From positions 1 to 27,891 of the IMG/VR virus record IMGVR_UViG_3300024287_000138: a stretch of DNA of 27,891 bases; one strand, 5' to 3'. Of this stretch, positions 1 to 8,829 are shown one piece after another; position 1 is the first letter of the stretch, and each line of letters begins with the position of its first letter. Made by a program: the position numbers and the translations under genes. The DNA is from a virus (Duplodnaviria > Caudoviricetes). Under the pieces are notes generated by a model. That model did not search any database. It saw only the letters and a list, made by a program, of their open reading frames with translations, and was not told the DNA's origin.

Positions 1-6
1 TTCTAC

Positions 7-51
7 TGTACAGAGAACAAAAAGATGAAAGTCGGGACAAAAGATGGAAGT
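7..51 (+). repeat. Probable left end: TGTACA terminus plus two direct repeats (candidate transposase-binding sites)
   Basis: TGTACAG at 7-13; 13-bp core AAAAGATGRAAGT at 20-32 and 39-51 (19-bp period); lies just downstream of the last early gene. Confidence 0.6.
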
Positions 52-167
52 ACGTGTCCCAGCGTTAACGGTAATGTAGTCTAGGTATAATTAGAGACGA
101 CCAGAGCTCAAATGGAGTGCCAACACGGCCCAAAAGGAAGACCAAAAACGTCCCGTTTAACCAGGCT

Positions 168-467
168 TTACAAGGGCTCTGCAACCATCGTTTCCGGGCC
201 ATGCAAGGGGTCAAAAAGATACTCCGAAATCGCCATTCCTGCCGCCGTTTTCCCACCCCGATGAAGGATGTTCATTTTGAATTTCTTTCGGCAATCCGCT
301 ACGCGGCTATGCACCGCCGCCCCGATGCCCGTTGGCGTGATTATTTTGGCCAACTCCGGCATCGGTAGCCACTCGTTCGGGCGGGCGCGGAAATAGGCTG
401 CCAGCTTTTCGTTTTGAGAAACGCCGCCACCCTGCGCTCGAAAGCAAAGTTCGACCTGTGAAGCCAT
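168..467 (-). CDS. Small putative winged-helix DNA-binding protein
   Basis: 99 aa; helix pattern WLPMPELAKI...AVHSRVADCRKK followed by a beta-hairpin; starts 4 nt after the gemA-like stop. Confidence 0.6.
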   Translation of the reverse strand: MASQVELCFRAQGGGVSQNEKLAAYFRARPNEWLPMPELAKIITPTGIGAAVHSRVADCRKKFKMNILHRGGKTAAGMAISEYLFDPLHGPETMVAEPL

Positions 468-471
468 ACTC

Positions 472-939
472 TCAAAAAGGGCAGTCCGCCGTCGCTACAG
501 CTCTCCGTTTTGCCTTCAATGTGCGCTCCAAAGCCGCCAGGTAAGCTCTGTGAGAATAAGGGACGATCTTCCTGTATATGGCGCGCGCGTAGCCATCTCC
601 GAACCCGAGCTCCGCGAGCTGCGCCTCAGCGCCGGCGATGCGCGCTGACAAATCCTGCTCGGTGAACCTATCCCGACTCGTGTTGCCGCGCCGATTCCTC
701 GAAGTCCAAAAGCCTGGCTCCCTGAAGATTTTGCCAGGCGCGGTTTTTCCCTTCCAATAGATGGCTTCAAAATAGGAAAGCAAATGGTCCATGTGCGCGT
801 CCATCAGCCGGCCGTCCTTGCTCGATCGGCAATCGGCCAGGCCTGTCACATCTGCAATCGCCTGCCGGTAGTCCGCATCGTTCAAACCCGCTTCGGCCTG
901 CGCACGCTTGATTAAGATTTGCTGGGCGCGGCTCAACAT
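472..939 (-). CDS. gemA: Mu GemA/Gp16-like regulatory protein (DUF1018)
   Basis: N-terminus QILIKRAQAEAGLNDADYRQAIADVTG...SSKD..LM matches the GemA pattern; typical position at the end of the early operon. Confidence 0.75.
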   Translation of the reverse strand: MLSRAQQILIKRAQAEAGLNDADYRQAIADVTGLADCRSSKDGRLMDAHMDHLLSYFEAIYWKGKTAPGKIFREPGFWTSRNRRGNTSRDRFTEQDLSARIAGAEAQLAELGFGDGYARAIYRKIVPYSHRAYLAALERTLKAKRRAVATADCPF

Positions 940-942
940 CTG

Positions 943-1182
943 TCAATAGGGCTCCCAAAAGTCGCAAATAGGTTCGTCGTGGACGCGTTGGATATAAACG
1001 CCCCCATCGCCGTCCTTCCCTTTGAATCGCTCGCGGCAGGCCTGGCAGTCGCAATACTTCGCATGCACGTGATACTTCACACAGTGGCAGTCGATGCAGT
1101 ACCAGACGTCGTAAATGTCCCCATCGCCCTGGCTCTCGGCGCCGTGATTGCTCAGCGTAGTTCCGCAGTCTGGACAGGTCAT
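943..1182 (-). CDS. Small Cys-rich (Zn-binding) hypothetical protein
   Basis: Start reassigned to ATG 1182, just after the PolX stop; CPDC, CIDCHC and CDCQAC motifs. Confidence 0.55.
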   Translation of the reverse strand: MTCPDCGTTLSNHGAESQGDGDIYDVWYCIDCHCVKYHVHAKYCDCQACRERFKGKDGDGGVYIQRVHDEPICDFWEPY

Positions 1183-1186
1183 AGTC

Positions 1187-1762
1187 TCAGCGCTTCCAAG
1201 GTTCCAGATAGGGCAAGCCCGCCAGGCTGAACACCTGATGCTCCGATTCCGCTCGGACCAGGTCGCCGGACTCATTGGTGAATCCGTCTCGATAAGGATG
1301 CCACTTCCAACCCTTCTTTTGAGCAGACGAAGCCAGCCGGATATTCGACTCTGCGCTTCCCGTCCTGCAGACGAGGTAATTAAACCAATTCCTTTCCGTC
1401 GCCATGAACAGATCCACTGGGATCCCGCTGGCGCGGTGGCGCGCGTATTTGTTTTTCAGTCCCCAACTGATGGTCCCCCGGCAGTTAACGCGCGGATGGA
1501 TTATCCCGCAGCGCAAAAGACTGATTATCGCCTCGTCCGCCTCATTCACACTCCGCTTATCAAACAGCCCATCCGCGACCTCGCTCAGCATTGGAATGTA
1601 GAGGATTTCCACGTCGCCCACCTCCTGCTTCCTCCTGCGCAAAGAGCCCGCAACGATGAGCTTGTGGCAAACCGGCTTCAGCGCCTCGACAATCTCGCGC
1701 GCCACATCAATCGCTTCACTCCTGGGGAACTTGATTTTCGCACCCGGCAAAGGAGCAGTCAT
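1187..1762 (-). CDS. Minimal X-family DNA polymerase (Pol beta-like palm + thumb)
   Basis: AGSLRRRKQEVGDVEIL, VDLF, LVCRTGSAESNIRL, and SEHQVFSLAGLPYLEPWKR are PolX palm/thumb signatures. Confidence 0.85.
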   Translation of the reverse strand: MTAPLPGAKIKFPRSEAIDVAREIVEALKPVCHKLIVAGSLRRRKQEVGDVEILYIPMLSEVADGLFDKRSVNEADEAIISLLRCGIIHPRVNCRGTISWGLKNKYARHRASGIPVDLFMATERNWFNYLVCRTGSAESNIRLASSAQKKGWKWHPYRDGFTNESGDLVRAESEHQVFSLAGLPYLEPWKR

Positions 1763-2166
1763 GCGAGCCTCTTCAGGGTTTCTGGGTCATAGAATCCTAA
1801 TGCTCCAGGGCAGCGAACCGTGGGCAATCCCGCGCTCTCTTCCAGCACAAAGCCATATGGCCCAGTGAACCATGGGCTTTCGTGCGATTTGACGCAGTCA
1901 ACCAGTTTTGCCTCTCCAACAATTCCTCCTTTAATCAGATCTTGAGGTTCAGGCAGTTCGATTGAACTGAAGCCATCAATGAAAATGCGGCATGCCTCAT
2001 AATCCTCAGACGTCATCTTGGCCGCGGCATGGACAAAGAATTTGCCGCGAAATCGCGTGGACCAAACCCGATTTTCTATCGGCTTAAATCCGTTGACGAC
2101 CAGCCAGGCCCAAGGCTGTCTCAGACTCAAGGCAGGCATTATCATCAGAGTAGGAACGATTTTCAC
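1759..2166 (-). CDS. ASCH domain protein
   Basis: ALSLRQPWAWLVVNGFKPIENRVW.T.FRG...HA and GGIVG motifs; 4-nt overlaps with both neighbours. Confidence 0.9.
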   Translation of the reverse strand: MKIVPTLMIMPALSLRQPWAWLVVNGFKPIENRVWSTRFRGKFFVHAAAKMTSEDYEACRIFIDGFSSIELPEPQDLIKGGIVGEAKLVDCVKSHESPWFTGPYGFVLEESAGLPTVRCPGALGFYDPETLKRLA

Positions 2167-2657
2167 AACAACCTCCCCTGCCTCTTCTTGTCCTCCCTCG
2201 AGGACCTCTCCGCCGCTCTTGCCTTCAACCGCATTCGACGCACGTCCCGATAGATCGACGCTGCCTGCTCAGTCGCGCTCGGCTCGACGATGGCTTTGAC
2301 CTGGTCAAGCTCATCCACAATCTTCCGCGCCAGCCGGCCCGGCCTCGCCGCCTTCGCCTTCAGCTCCTCCGCGTGCTCCCGAATATGCTGCCGAATCGCT
2401 TGCTGCAGGTAATTCGGCATCCATCGCACGTCTTCTCCCGTCGTCCTTCTTTTGAACGACTCCAACAACCGGCACAGCTCGCTATAAACAAAATCCAGAT
2501 CGAACTCCCAACCGCGGCCCTTGCACTCCCAGCCATAGGTCCCGATTGCCGCGATTAGATACTTCTCGTCCCGCTTGAAGTCCCGCCTCGGCAAATGAGC
2601 ATAGAACTGCCGCTCCAGCCTGGTCAGAATCTCCGAAATGAGCTCCTGCACGGTCAT
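2163..2657 (-). CDS. Hypothetical phage protein
   Basis: 164 aa helical ORF coupled to the ASCH gene by a 4-nt overlap; G-ending codon usage like the core early genes. Confidence 0.75.
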   Translation of the reverse strand: MTVQELISEILTRLERQFYAHLPRRDFKRDEKYLIAAIGTYGWECKGRGWEFDLDFVYSELCRLLESFKRRTTGEDVRWMPNYLQQAIRQHIREHAEELKAKAARPGRLARKIVDELDQVKAIVEPSATEQAASIYRDVRRMRLKARAAERSSREDKKRQGRLL

Positions 2658-2829
2658 TTGGGAGCGCGTCGATTACTGTGCCGAATAATTCGGATCGCGC
2701 TTCGAAGGGCGGCGATGGTTCGCAGCGCCGAAGCATTTCGCACCTTGCCATCCACTTCTCGGTAGGACGATCGATACATCCGAACCTCTTTTTGCAGCTC
2801 TCCAATTATTTGACGACTGCTGATAGCTT

Positions 2830-3069
2830 TTATCCTTTCGGCTTCCCGCTTGGCGCGGCTGCCATCGGCCTCTGTGCCGCCACCGGCGCGGCCGGCGCCG
2901 GTCCAAACGACATCGCCCTCAGCTCCCGCAAGTTATATTCGAGCGCCAGCTTCTTCTGGATCGCCAGCCTGAAAGCCGTGTCCTGGTCCGTTGGATGTTC
3001 GATTTGGCAATTTGCCTCGTGAATGCGCACAAGCTGCGCCCGTTCCTGCAGTTCTTCCTTCGTTATCAT
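2830..3069 (-). CDS. Hypothetical protein
   Basis: 79 aa; purine-rich GAAAGGGA just upstream of the ATG; Ala/Pro-rich tail. Confidence 0.65.
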   Translation of the reverse strand: MITKEELQERAQLVRIHEANCQIEHPTDQDTAFRLAIQKKLALEYNLRELRAMSFGPAPAAPVAAQRPMAAAPSGKPKG

Positions 3070-3274
3070 GGTCCCTTTCGTTTAATAGTTCATCTGCCAT
3101 TCGTTTGACTCGGTCGTGAAATTTTGAAAAAGCCAGCTTGAATCTATCGGTTTTGCGGAAAGGCAGGTTCACCGCCACGCAAAGGTCCTGAAAATCCTCT
3201 ACTCCCATGCCGACATAGATCCTTCCGGTGTGACGCATGTTGACAGTGATCTTGGGCCTCTTTTGAGCTGGCAT
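2933..3274 (-). CDS. Hypothetical protein (3' part overlaps the next gene)
   Basis: ATG overlaps the upstream stop (TGATG); the first about 70 aa look protein-like, but the last 137 nt overlap 2830-3069. Confidence 0.4.
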   Translation of the reverse strand: MPAQKRPKITVNMRHTGRIYVGMGVEDFQDLCVAVNLPFRKTDRFKLAFSKFHDRVKRMADELLNERDHDNEGRTAGTGAACAHSRGKLPNRTSNGPGHGFQAGDPEEAGARI

Positions 3275-3627
3275 CAGTCCTCCTCAAATCCCGTCCTCTC
3301 GCTATCCGGAGGTCCATTGAGCTGCCTGGTCTCCGGCACATACGGCAACACATCCCGAATCGTCTTCGCCGCGTAAACACTCCAGCGCCGGCACCAATCC
3401 TCCGTCGTCGGTTTGATCGCAAACACCGCCTTCGGGCTGTACAGCTCGCTATGGCTGAACTCCGTCGCCCCCCTCGGCACATCCACCTGGAACATGATCT
3501 CCGTCCCCAGCTTCCGAGACGTCAGCCGTCCCGCCACCTTCGAATGCCCAAACAGCTCCAGCAGCGCCCACGAATCGATACCGTCCGCCCCCGCGTCAAT
3601 CAGCGAGGGATTTTCAATGGTCTCCAT
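3274..3627 (-). CDS. Conserved phage hypothetical protein (WAxxELFGHxxxAG family)
   Basis: Start reassigned to ATG 3627 (METIEN) after an AGAAAGGA SD; WALLELFGHSKVAG...FQVDVP motif. Confidence 0.75.
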   Translation of the reverse strand: METIENPSLIDAGADGIDSWALLELFGHSKVAGRLTSRKLGTEIMFQVDVPRGATEFSHSELYSPKAVFAIKPTTEDWCRRWSVYAAKTIRDVLPYVPETRQLNGPPDSERTGFEED

Positions 3628-3853
3628 TTTTTGGTCCTTTCTCTTGTTTGTTTCTCCGCCTCGCCGTGTTGCGACGGATCGCATCCAGCTTCATGGGAAT
3701 GCAGAGGAAATGCTCGCAGTGCAGCAACTCATTGAGCCTTTTCAGCTCGTCCCGAATGTCCATCAGCACGGCAAGCTTGCCCTGTTCCCAGGTATAGCTT
3801 TGGATGACTTCGCCAACGTTCCACACCTTGTTCTTGTGCCGCGTGTCAGCCAT
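3614..3853 (-). CDS. Hypothetical protein
   Basis: MADTRHKNKVW...; short overlaps with both neighbours; AVLMDIRDELKRLN helix. Confidence 0.65.
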   Translation of the reverse strand: MADTRHKNKVWNVGEVIQSYTWEQGKLAVLMDIRDELKRLNELLHCEHFLCIPMKLDAIRRNTARRRNKQEKGPKNGDH

Positions 3854-4211
3854 CACACCCCCCATTCAACTTCGCCCGCAACTCCTTCTCGAGCTTCTCG
3901 TAGCGCAGCCTGGTCTTCGCGTTCGTTTCCAGCTCGCGCTTGAACGACGCCCGCATATGATGCGGCGCGGTCCTCTCCCTCTCGAGCACAGACGCAATGT
4001 CTTCGTTATCGATGCCCACCAACTCGAATAGCGCGTTGGCGATTGCCCACCGCGGCATCACAAACAGCATGTTCCGGCGCCGGCTCAGCACGTCCGAAAA
4101 CGAAACCTCGTAAGCCCGGCAAACCGTGTCGGCCACCATCCCGATCTTCTTCAGGATGCCGTTCGACAGCGTCGGCCTGGCCACCTTACCCTTTGGCCGC
4201 CCGCGCTTCAT
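3846..4211 (-). CDS. DnaA C-terminal (domain IV)-like HTH protein
   Basis: VCRAYEVSFSDVLSRRRNMLFVMPRWAI...IASVLERERTAPHH resembles Bac_DnaA_C; ATGA overlap with the ATPase stop. Confidence 0.7.
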   Translation of the reverse strand: MKRGRPKGKVARPTLSNGILKKIGMVADTVCRAYEVSFSDVLSRRRNMLFVMPRWAIANALFELVGIDNEDIASVLERERTAPHHMRASFKRELETNAKTRLRYEKLEKELRAKLNGGCDG

Positions 4212-5437
4212 CCGGCCACCTCCCCTTCCGCGGCCGCGGCCGAGCCCCGCGCCGCCTTCTCCGTGATGGCATACGCCTTCAGGAAATGCCCCCAATTCAA
4301 CTCCTGCCGTTTGTTCCGCGCGTAATCCTGCGCGTCCAACAACCGCAGTCGATACACCCCGATGCCGTCCGACTTCGCGATCTTCGTCACAATGACCTCC
4401 GCGTCCCCCTTCGCCGGGTCCAGCCCGAACTTCGCCGCAATCATATCCAGGTCCTTCCGCGGCGGGTCATTCGGCAACTGCAACTCATACGAGCGCCCGC
4501 GACGATGGAGCTGCTTCAAATACTGCATGAACTCGCCCGCCTTCACCTTGTCCCGGAAAACGTTCGTCCCGCACAACACCAACCCGCACCCCGTCTGGTC
4601 GTGGATATATCGCAACGTGTCCAGGCACCTCATCACCGACGTCCGCTGATACGTCGTGAACACCCGATGAATCTCATCCACCAAAAGCAGCTTGCTCGGG
4701 TCCAGCGCCTCCAGAACGTCCTCCAGCAACTTGTCAAACGTCGAAGCCGTCGGCACCAACAACGCCTTGCCGATGCACTTCAACATGAACTGCACACCGC
4801 TCGACGGCGGCATCTCCACATACGTCGTGATGCCCCCGTTATGCTCCGCCGCGTACTGCCGCAGCCCGAACGACTTCCCGATCTGCCCGTCCCCGTAAAT
4901 AAAACCCATCCGCCGGTTCCGACCGCAACGCTCGCAAAGCCAGAAAATCCGCTCCGCGATATCCGTCATCACGAAGTCCGGGTTCGCCGCCCGGCCGCTC
5001 GTCTCAGCCCGGCGCCGATACCGCGCGATCTTCCCGCACAACCCGTCAATCGAGATCCGCTCCAGCGCATGCGGATGCGGCTTGCGCACCTCATTGCCGC
5101 CGCGGTCCCGGCTCACCTCCTCCTTCGGATAGCGGTATTGGTCGCAGAACAACCGCCAGATCGTCGTCGGCGACAGCCCGACCTCGGCCGCCAGCTCCCG
5201 CGTCTGCAAATTATGCGTCCGCTGATGATGATACAGCCACCGGATCAACGTCCGCTGTTCCTCCGGCAAATGCTCCGTCGCCTTCGTGACCGTGTGGCCC
5301 CCGATATTGATTGCCGGCATCGGCCGCGCCGCCGACGGCTTCAGCTCATCCGACAACCCCACGACCTCTTCCTCAGTATCGATCAATCCCGTCGGACTGA
5401 CCTCCCGTTTCGGTGCTTCAAGTGTTGGTGCATTCAT
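4208..5437 (-). CDS. MuB-like transposition AAA+ ATPase with N-terminal HTH
   Basis: Walker A GDGQIGKS, Walker B LLLVDE, LVLCGT; HTH TRELAAEVGLSPTTIWRL; near the transposase gene. Confidence 0.92.
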   Translation of the reverse strand: MNAPTLEAPKREVSPTGLIDTEEEVVGLSDELKPSAARPMPAINIGGHTVTKATEHLPEEQRTLIRWLYHHQRTHNLQTRELAAEVGLSPTTIWRLFCDQYRYPKEEVSRDRGGNEVRKPHPHALERISIDGLCGKIARYRRRAETSGRAANPDFVMTDIAERIFWLCERCGRNRRMGFIYGDGQIGKSFGLRQYAAEHNGGITTYVEMPPSSGVQFMLKCIGKALLVPTASTFDKLLEDVLEALDPSKLLLVDEIHRVFTTYQRTSVMRCLDTLRYIHDQTGCGLVLCGTNVFRDKVKAGEFMQYLKQLHRRGRSYELQLPNDPPRKDLDMIAAKFGLDPAKGDAEVIVTKIAKSDGIGVYRLRLLDAQDYARNKRQELNWGHFLKAYAITEKAARGSAAAAEGEVAG

Positions 5438-5679
5438 AGAATTTCTGTAGCGCTTTGATGACTGATATCTTCGGCCTTTGCATTTATCCGGTCCGCCTTA
5501 ATCGAAGCCCGCAGCATCTGAAAGACCTGGCCCAGGTCAGCCTGTAGCTCGATTTTCGCCTCGCGCAGCGCGGCCGTCCTGCTCATTGATAGCCCGATGC
5601 AACGGCCGGTCTTTGAATCACCCTCTTGACAATCGGTCCAGACCGACCATTCGGCATTTTGCATATGAAGGTGGATCAT
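5434..5679 (-). CDS. Hypothetical protein
   Basis: Start reassigned to ATG 5679 (MIHLHMQ); ATGA overlaps at both ends. Confidence 0.55.
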   Translation of the reverse strand: MIHLHMQNAEWSVWTDCQEGDSKTGRCIGLSMSRTAALREAKIELQADLGQVFQMLRASIKADRINAKAEDISHQSATEIL

Positions 5680-5924
5680 ACCGCCCTCTCTGCGCTCTTT
5701 GCGTTCTTTGCGGTTAAAATCCCTGCCTTCTTCAAGCGAATTATCCGCGCGCTCGCCGCGATCTTCACCGTCAACTGCGTCTCCGGCCAGGTCAGCACGC
5801 GCCTCAGCCAATCGATATCCTCGCTTTTCCTAACCATCTCCTCCCGGTCAGCCACGGTGCAGGTCTGAGCGCCCGGATGGTATGCTTGTGCGCTCTCCAC
5901 CAACCACGGATTTCTCTTCTTCAT
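5676..5924 (-). CDS. Hypothetical protein; C-terminus encoded by a family-A repeat
   Basis: 82 aa; GGAAGGA SD; ends ILTAKNAKSAERAV, the antisense reading of the 9-mer repeat. Confidence 0.6.
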   Translation of the reverse strand: MKKRNPWLVESAQAYHPGAQTCTVADREEMVRKSEDIDWLRRVLTWPETQLTVKIAASARIIRLKKAGILTAKNAKSAERAV

Positions 5925-5996
5925 TCTGGTCCTTCCCGCCCGCTCCTGCGGGCCATTTTTGTTTTGCTATTTGCTATTTGCTATTGGCTATGCCCC

Positions 5997-8333
5997 TCAC
6001 AGCTCGTGCAGCTCCTCAAGCGTCAGCTCCTCTAGCTCCTGTAGCCGCTCACGCTCCGACTCTCCCACGCTCTCACGCTCCCCACGCCCGCCGCCCAGCT
6101 CAGACAAATCCCCCGCCTCCGCCAATATCCTCCGCTCCGTCCTTTCAACCGTTATCCGCCCAGCCTCCCGTTCATCAGCCTTCACCCTCGCCGCCTCGAT
6201 CCTCTCCCCAATTTCCCCTCGCCCCTCGTCCCTCTCACCTCTCACCTCTTCCGTCCGACTCGTCCTACCCGTCTGACTCGTCTGACTTCCCCTCTGCAAA
6301 AACTGCGCCAGGCTTTGGCTCTTACTCACCGCCAACTGTGCATGAAGTTTTTTGCGCGCCGCCTCACGCCCGAGTTCTTCCTCAGAGGCCCCGAGCCTGG
6401 GAATCTCTCGCACACGCTCGGCGACGCACAAAAATTTATCCGGCCGACCCGCCCTCACCGTGTAGATCACCGCGTCCGTGTCCGGGTTCGAATCATTCCA
6501 ATACGCCACCACCCGCCGCCCCCGCCACGTCTCGAGTACAGTCGGGCAATCGTAGCTGTAGGCCTGCTGAAATTTCCCTGTCCCCTGCGTCACCCGCACG
6601 CCGTTCCGCGTCACCTGGCACACCGCGAACGCTGACCGATACATCCACTTGTAAGCGTCCGGCATTTGCGCCAGCGCCGGCTTCTCGCTCGCCCACTTCG
6701 ACCAAGGCGATTGGCCCCGCAAAATCTTCCCGTCATTACGCTCGTTCAACAGACCTTGCATCGCTCCTGCAACGTGCTTGTCGTACTCGTGCAAATGCAG
6801 GAAATGCTCCCTTGGATGCGCCTTGCCCGACCGCACATCAGCCAGGTGTCGCTTCACGAGCTCCGGGCAATCCTTCATCTCCATCCGCCCGCAAAACCCC
6901 CGGCAATTATCCGCCGCATGCTGCAACGGATTGAACGCTCCCTCGATAATCTTCCCGCGCGGCGACCGCGTATGAATCACCTTCACCCCCAGCGACTTCA
7001 ACCCTCCCAACCTGGTCCCATCCTCGATCCCAGTCCTCTGGCCCCGGACCAGGTCCGACTGCCACGTGCCGCCCTCGAGTATCGCCGTCTCGAACAGCCC
7101 AAACGAATCGAACAAGTCCCCGATGAGCCCCCAAACATCATCCCGGTTATATTGCCCCTTCGGCCGTATCACCAACCGGTAGTTGAGGAACGCCATGCTC
7201 GCCACGTCCATCGTCACCAGCAACTGCGGCCGCAACAGCAGGAACCCGTCCTCATTCGGCCACTCCACCCACACATAGACATTGCACGTCATGTCATCCG
7301 CTGTGAACGCCTGCCCGCACCGCAACCCCGCGTAGCTCGATTCCGTGTAAGGCCCGTCCAACTTCATCGCCTTCGGCCCAACCTGAATCAGCTTCACCGT
7401 TGACACCGGCGCCAGCTCCCGCACCGCCGCCCTCACACTCGGCGGCACATAACTTTTGCTCGCATGCTCCCCATGCAACCACGTCGGACGACCCCGCTCG
7501 CTCCCGACCGTCGGATTACCCACCAGCTCCCGATACGCCCGCGCCATGTTCAACCGCCCCTTGATCCCGTACTCGATCGCCCCGGCCGCCGTCCGCAACA
7601 GCTCATCAGCCTCCAGGTCCAGAGCAAACCCCTTCCGCCCGCTCCGGCCCCGTTTTTGTTCCACCAACCCATCCAGCCCGTGCGCGCGATACGCCAGCTC
7701 CCACCGGCGCAGCGCCGACACCGACACCGCAAAAATCGGATGCTTCACCCGGAAATGACGCACCACAAGCTTCAGCGCCATTTCCTTCCCCAGATGCAAA
7801 TTATTCAAAAGCAACTTCACCGCCGCTTCCCTCAACAAAACGTTTTCCCTCTGCTCATCCGAGTGAGCCAGGTCCGCAAACCTCACCGTCAGTCCCTCTG
7901 CCTCTTCCCTCTGCCTCTCCCTCACTGGGCTCTCCACGATCGCCTCGGCGATTCTTCGCGGCGGCTGATATTCCACCCGATTCTCGAACACCCTTCTCGG
8001 CCAACCATCCCGTGCCGCAATCCGATGCACCCGCTTCTTATGCGTCCCCACCGCCCGCGCAATATCCGCCGCCACAAACCAACCCACCCGCTCTGCCTCT
8101 TTCTCTGCCTCTGCCTCAACTAGCTCCAAGAATGCCACTGCCCGACCTGGCTTCGATGACGATTGATCCAAGGCGACTGTCCTATCGCCAGAGACTTCCT
8201 CTGCGGCCTGGACGCGGCCCCTGTCACCTACCGATTCCCCTCGCGGGGCTTCCTGGAGCAAATCATTCCCATCCTGTCTTTGGATGTTGGATGTTGGATG
8301 TTGGACTTTTCGTTCTTCAAGGTTCGGGGCCAT
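5997..8333 (-). CDS. MuA-like DDE-family transposase
   Basis: 778 aa; HTH regions, SVSALRRWELAY...GLDGLVEQKRGRSGR, catalytic-type motifs FTADD, AILEGG, SPRGKIIEGAF; beta-barrel region VTRNGV. Confidence 0.9.
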   Translation of the reverse strand: MAPNLEERKVQHPTSNIQRQDGNDLLQEAPRGESVGDRGRVQAAEEVSGDRTVALDQSSSKPGRAVAFLELVEAEAEKEAERVGWFVAADIARAVGTHKKRVHRIAARDGWPRRVFENRVEYQPPRRIAEAIVESPVRERQREEAEGLTVRFADLAHSDEQRENVLLREAAVKLLLNNLHLGKEMALKLVVRHFRVKHPIFAVSVSALRRWELAYRAHGLDGLVEQKRGRSGRKGFALDLEADELLRTAAGAIEYGIKGRLNMARAYRELVGNPTVGSERGRPTWLHGEHASKSYVPPSVRAAVRELAPVSTVKLIQVGPKAMKLDGPYTESSYAGLRCGQAFTADDMTCNVYVWVEWPNEDGFLLLRPQLLVTMDVASMAFLNYRLVIRPKGQYNRDDVWGLIGDLFDSFGLFETAILEGGTWQSDLVRGQRTGIEDGTRLGGLKSLGVKVIHTRSPRGKIIEGAFNPLQHAADNCRGFCGRMEMKDCPELVKRHLADVRSGKAHPREHFLHLHEYDKHVAGAMQGLLNERNDGKILRGQSPWSKWASEKPALAQMPDAYKWMYRSAFAVCQVTRNGVRVTQGTGKFQQAYSYDCPTVLETWRGRRVVAYWNDSNPDTDAVIYTVRAGRPDKFLCVAERVREIPRLGASEEELGREAARKKLHAQLAVSKSQSLAQFLQRGSQTSQTGRTSRTEEVRGERDEGRGEIGERIEAARVKADEREAGRITVERTERRILAEAGDLSELGGGRGERESVGESERERLQELEELTLEELHEL

Positions 8334-8367
8334 AAAGAGCTTTCGTTGTTAATAGTTAGGGTCCCTT

Positions 8368-8829
8368 CTAAAATCGTTTCCTCAAATTCGCCTCCATCCG
8401 GTCATGCACCGCCCAAGCCTCCCGTTCCCGCTTGAGAGATCCGTCCGATACGTCCGATCGGTCTGACTCGTCCGACTTCCCTTCCCCAAACACCGTCTTC
8501 ACCAACCTCTCCGTCTGTTTTAACTCTCTCCAGGCGCAAGCTTCACAAATCGAATGACTCACCCTCGGCACCCTCTTCCCATTCGAAAACCGGTAAGCAA
8601 TCGGCAACCACGCCCGATGCAACCGCCTCCCGCACCAAGCGCAATCCACATGACACACCAGCCAAAACCAAACCATCCACCCCCAAGCCCTGACCTTCCG
8701 CCGCCAGTCCTCCATAGTGCTTTTGACGACGGAGGATTTGCTATTTTCTATTTGCGATTTGCTATTGGCTATCACCCACGCCGCCAGCAACACCAAAAGC
8801 CCCCAAACCAAAGTCAGCGTCAGCGTCAT
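8368..8829 (-). CDS. Putative membrane-anchored protein with CxxC...CxxC
   Basis: N-terminal hydrophobic helix, CAWC and CEAC motifs; ATGA overlap upstream; contains two in-frame repeats. Confidence 0.6.
   Translation of the reverse strand: MTLTLTLVWGLLVLLAAWVIANSKSQIENSKSSVVKSTMEDWRRKVRAWGWMVWFWLVCHVDCAWCGRRLHRAWLPIAYRFSNGKRVPRVSHSICEACAWRELKQTERLVKTVFGEGKSDESDRSDVSDGSLKREREAWAVHDRMEANLRKRF

Noticed and set aside
1148-1792. 214-aa plus-strand ORF
   Set aside because: Antisense to the motif-bearing PolX gene.
2482-2932. Possible small genes or a stop-readthrough product between 2657 and 2830
   Set aside because: Several short competing frames, none with a convincing start, motif or codon bias; left uncalled.
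4043-8435. Long plus-strand ORFs such as 4043-5458, 5882-6934, 6666-7403 and 7464-8123
   Set aside because: Antisense shadows of the ATPase and transposase; Pro/Arg/Ser-rich products of a C-rich, stop-poor strand.
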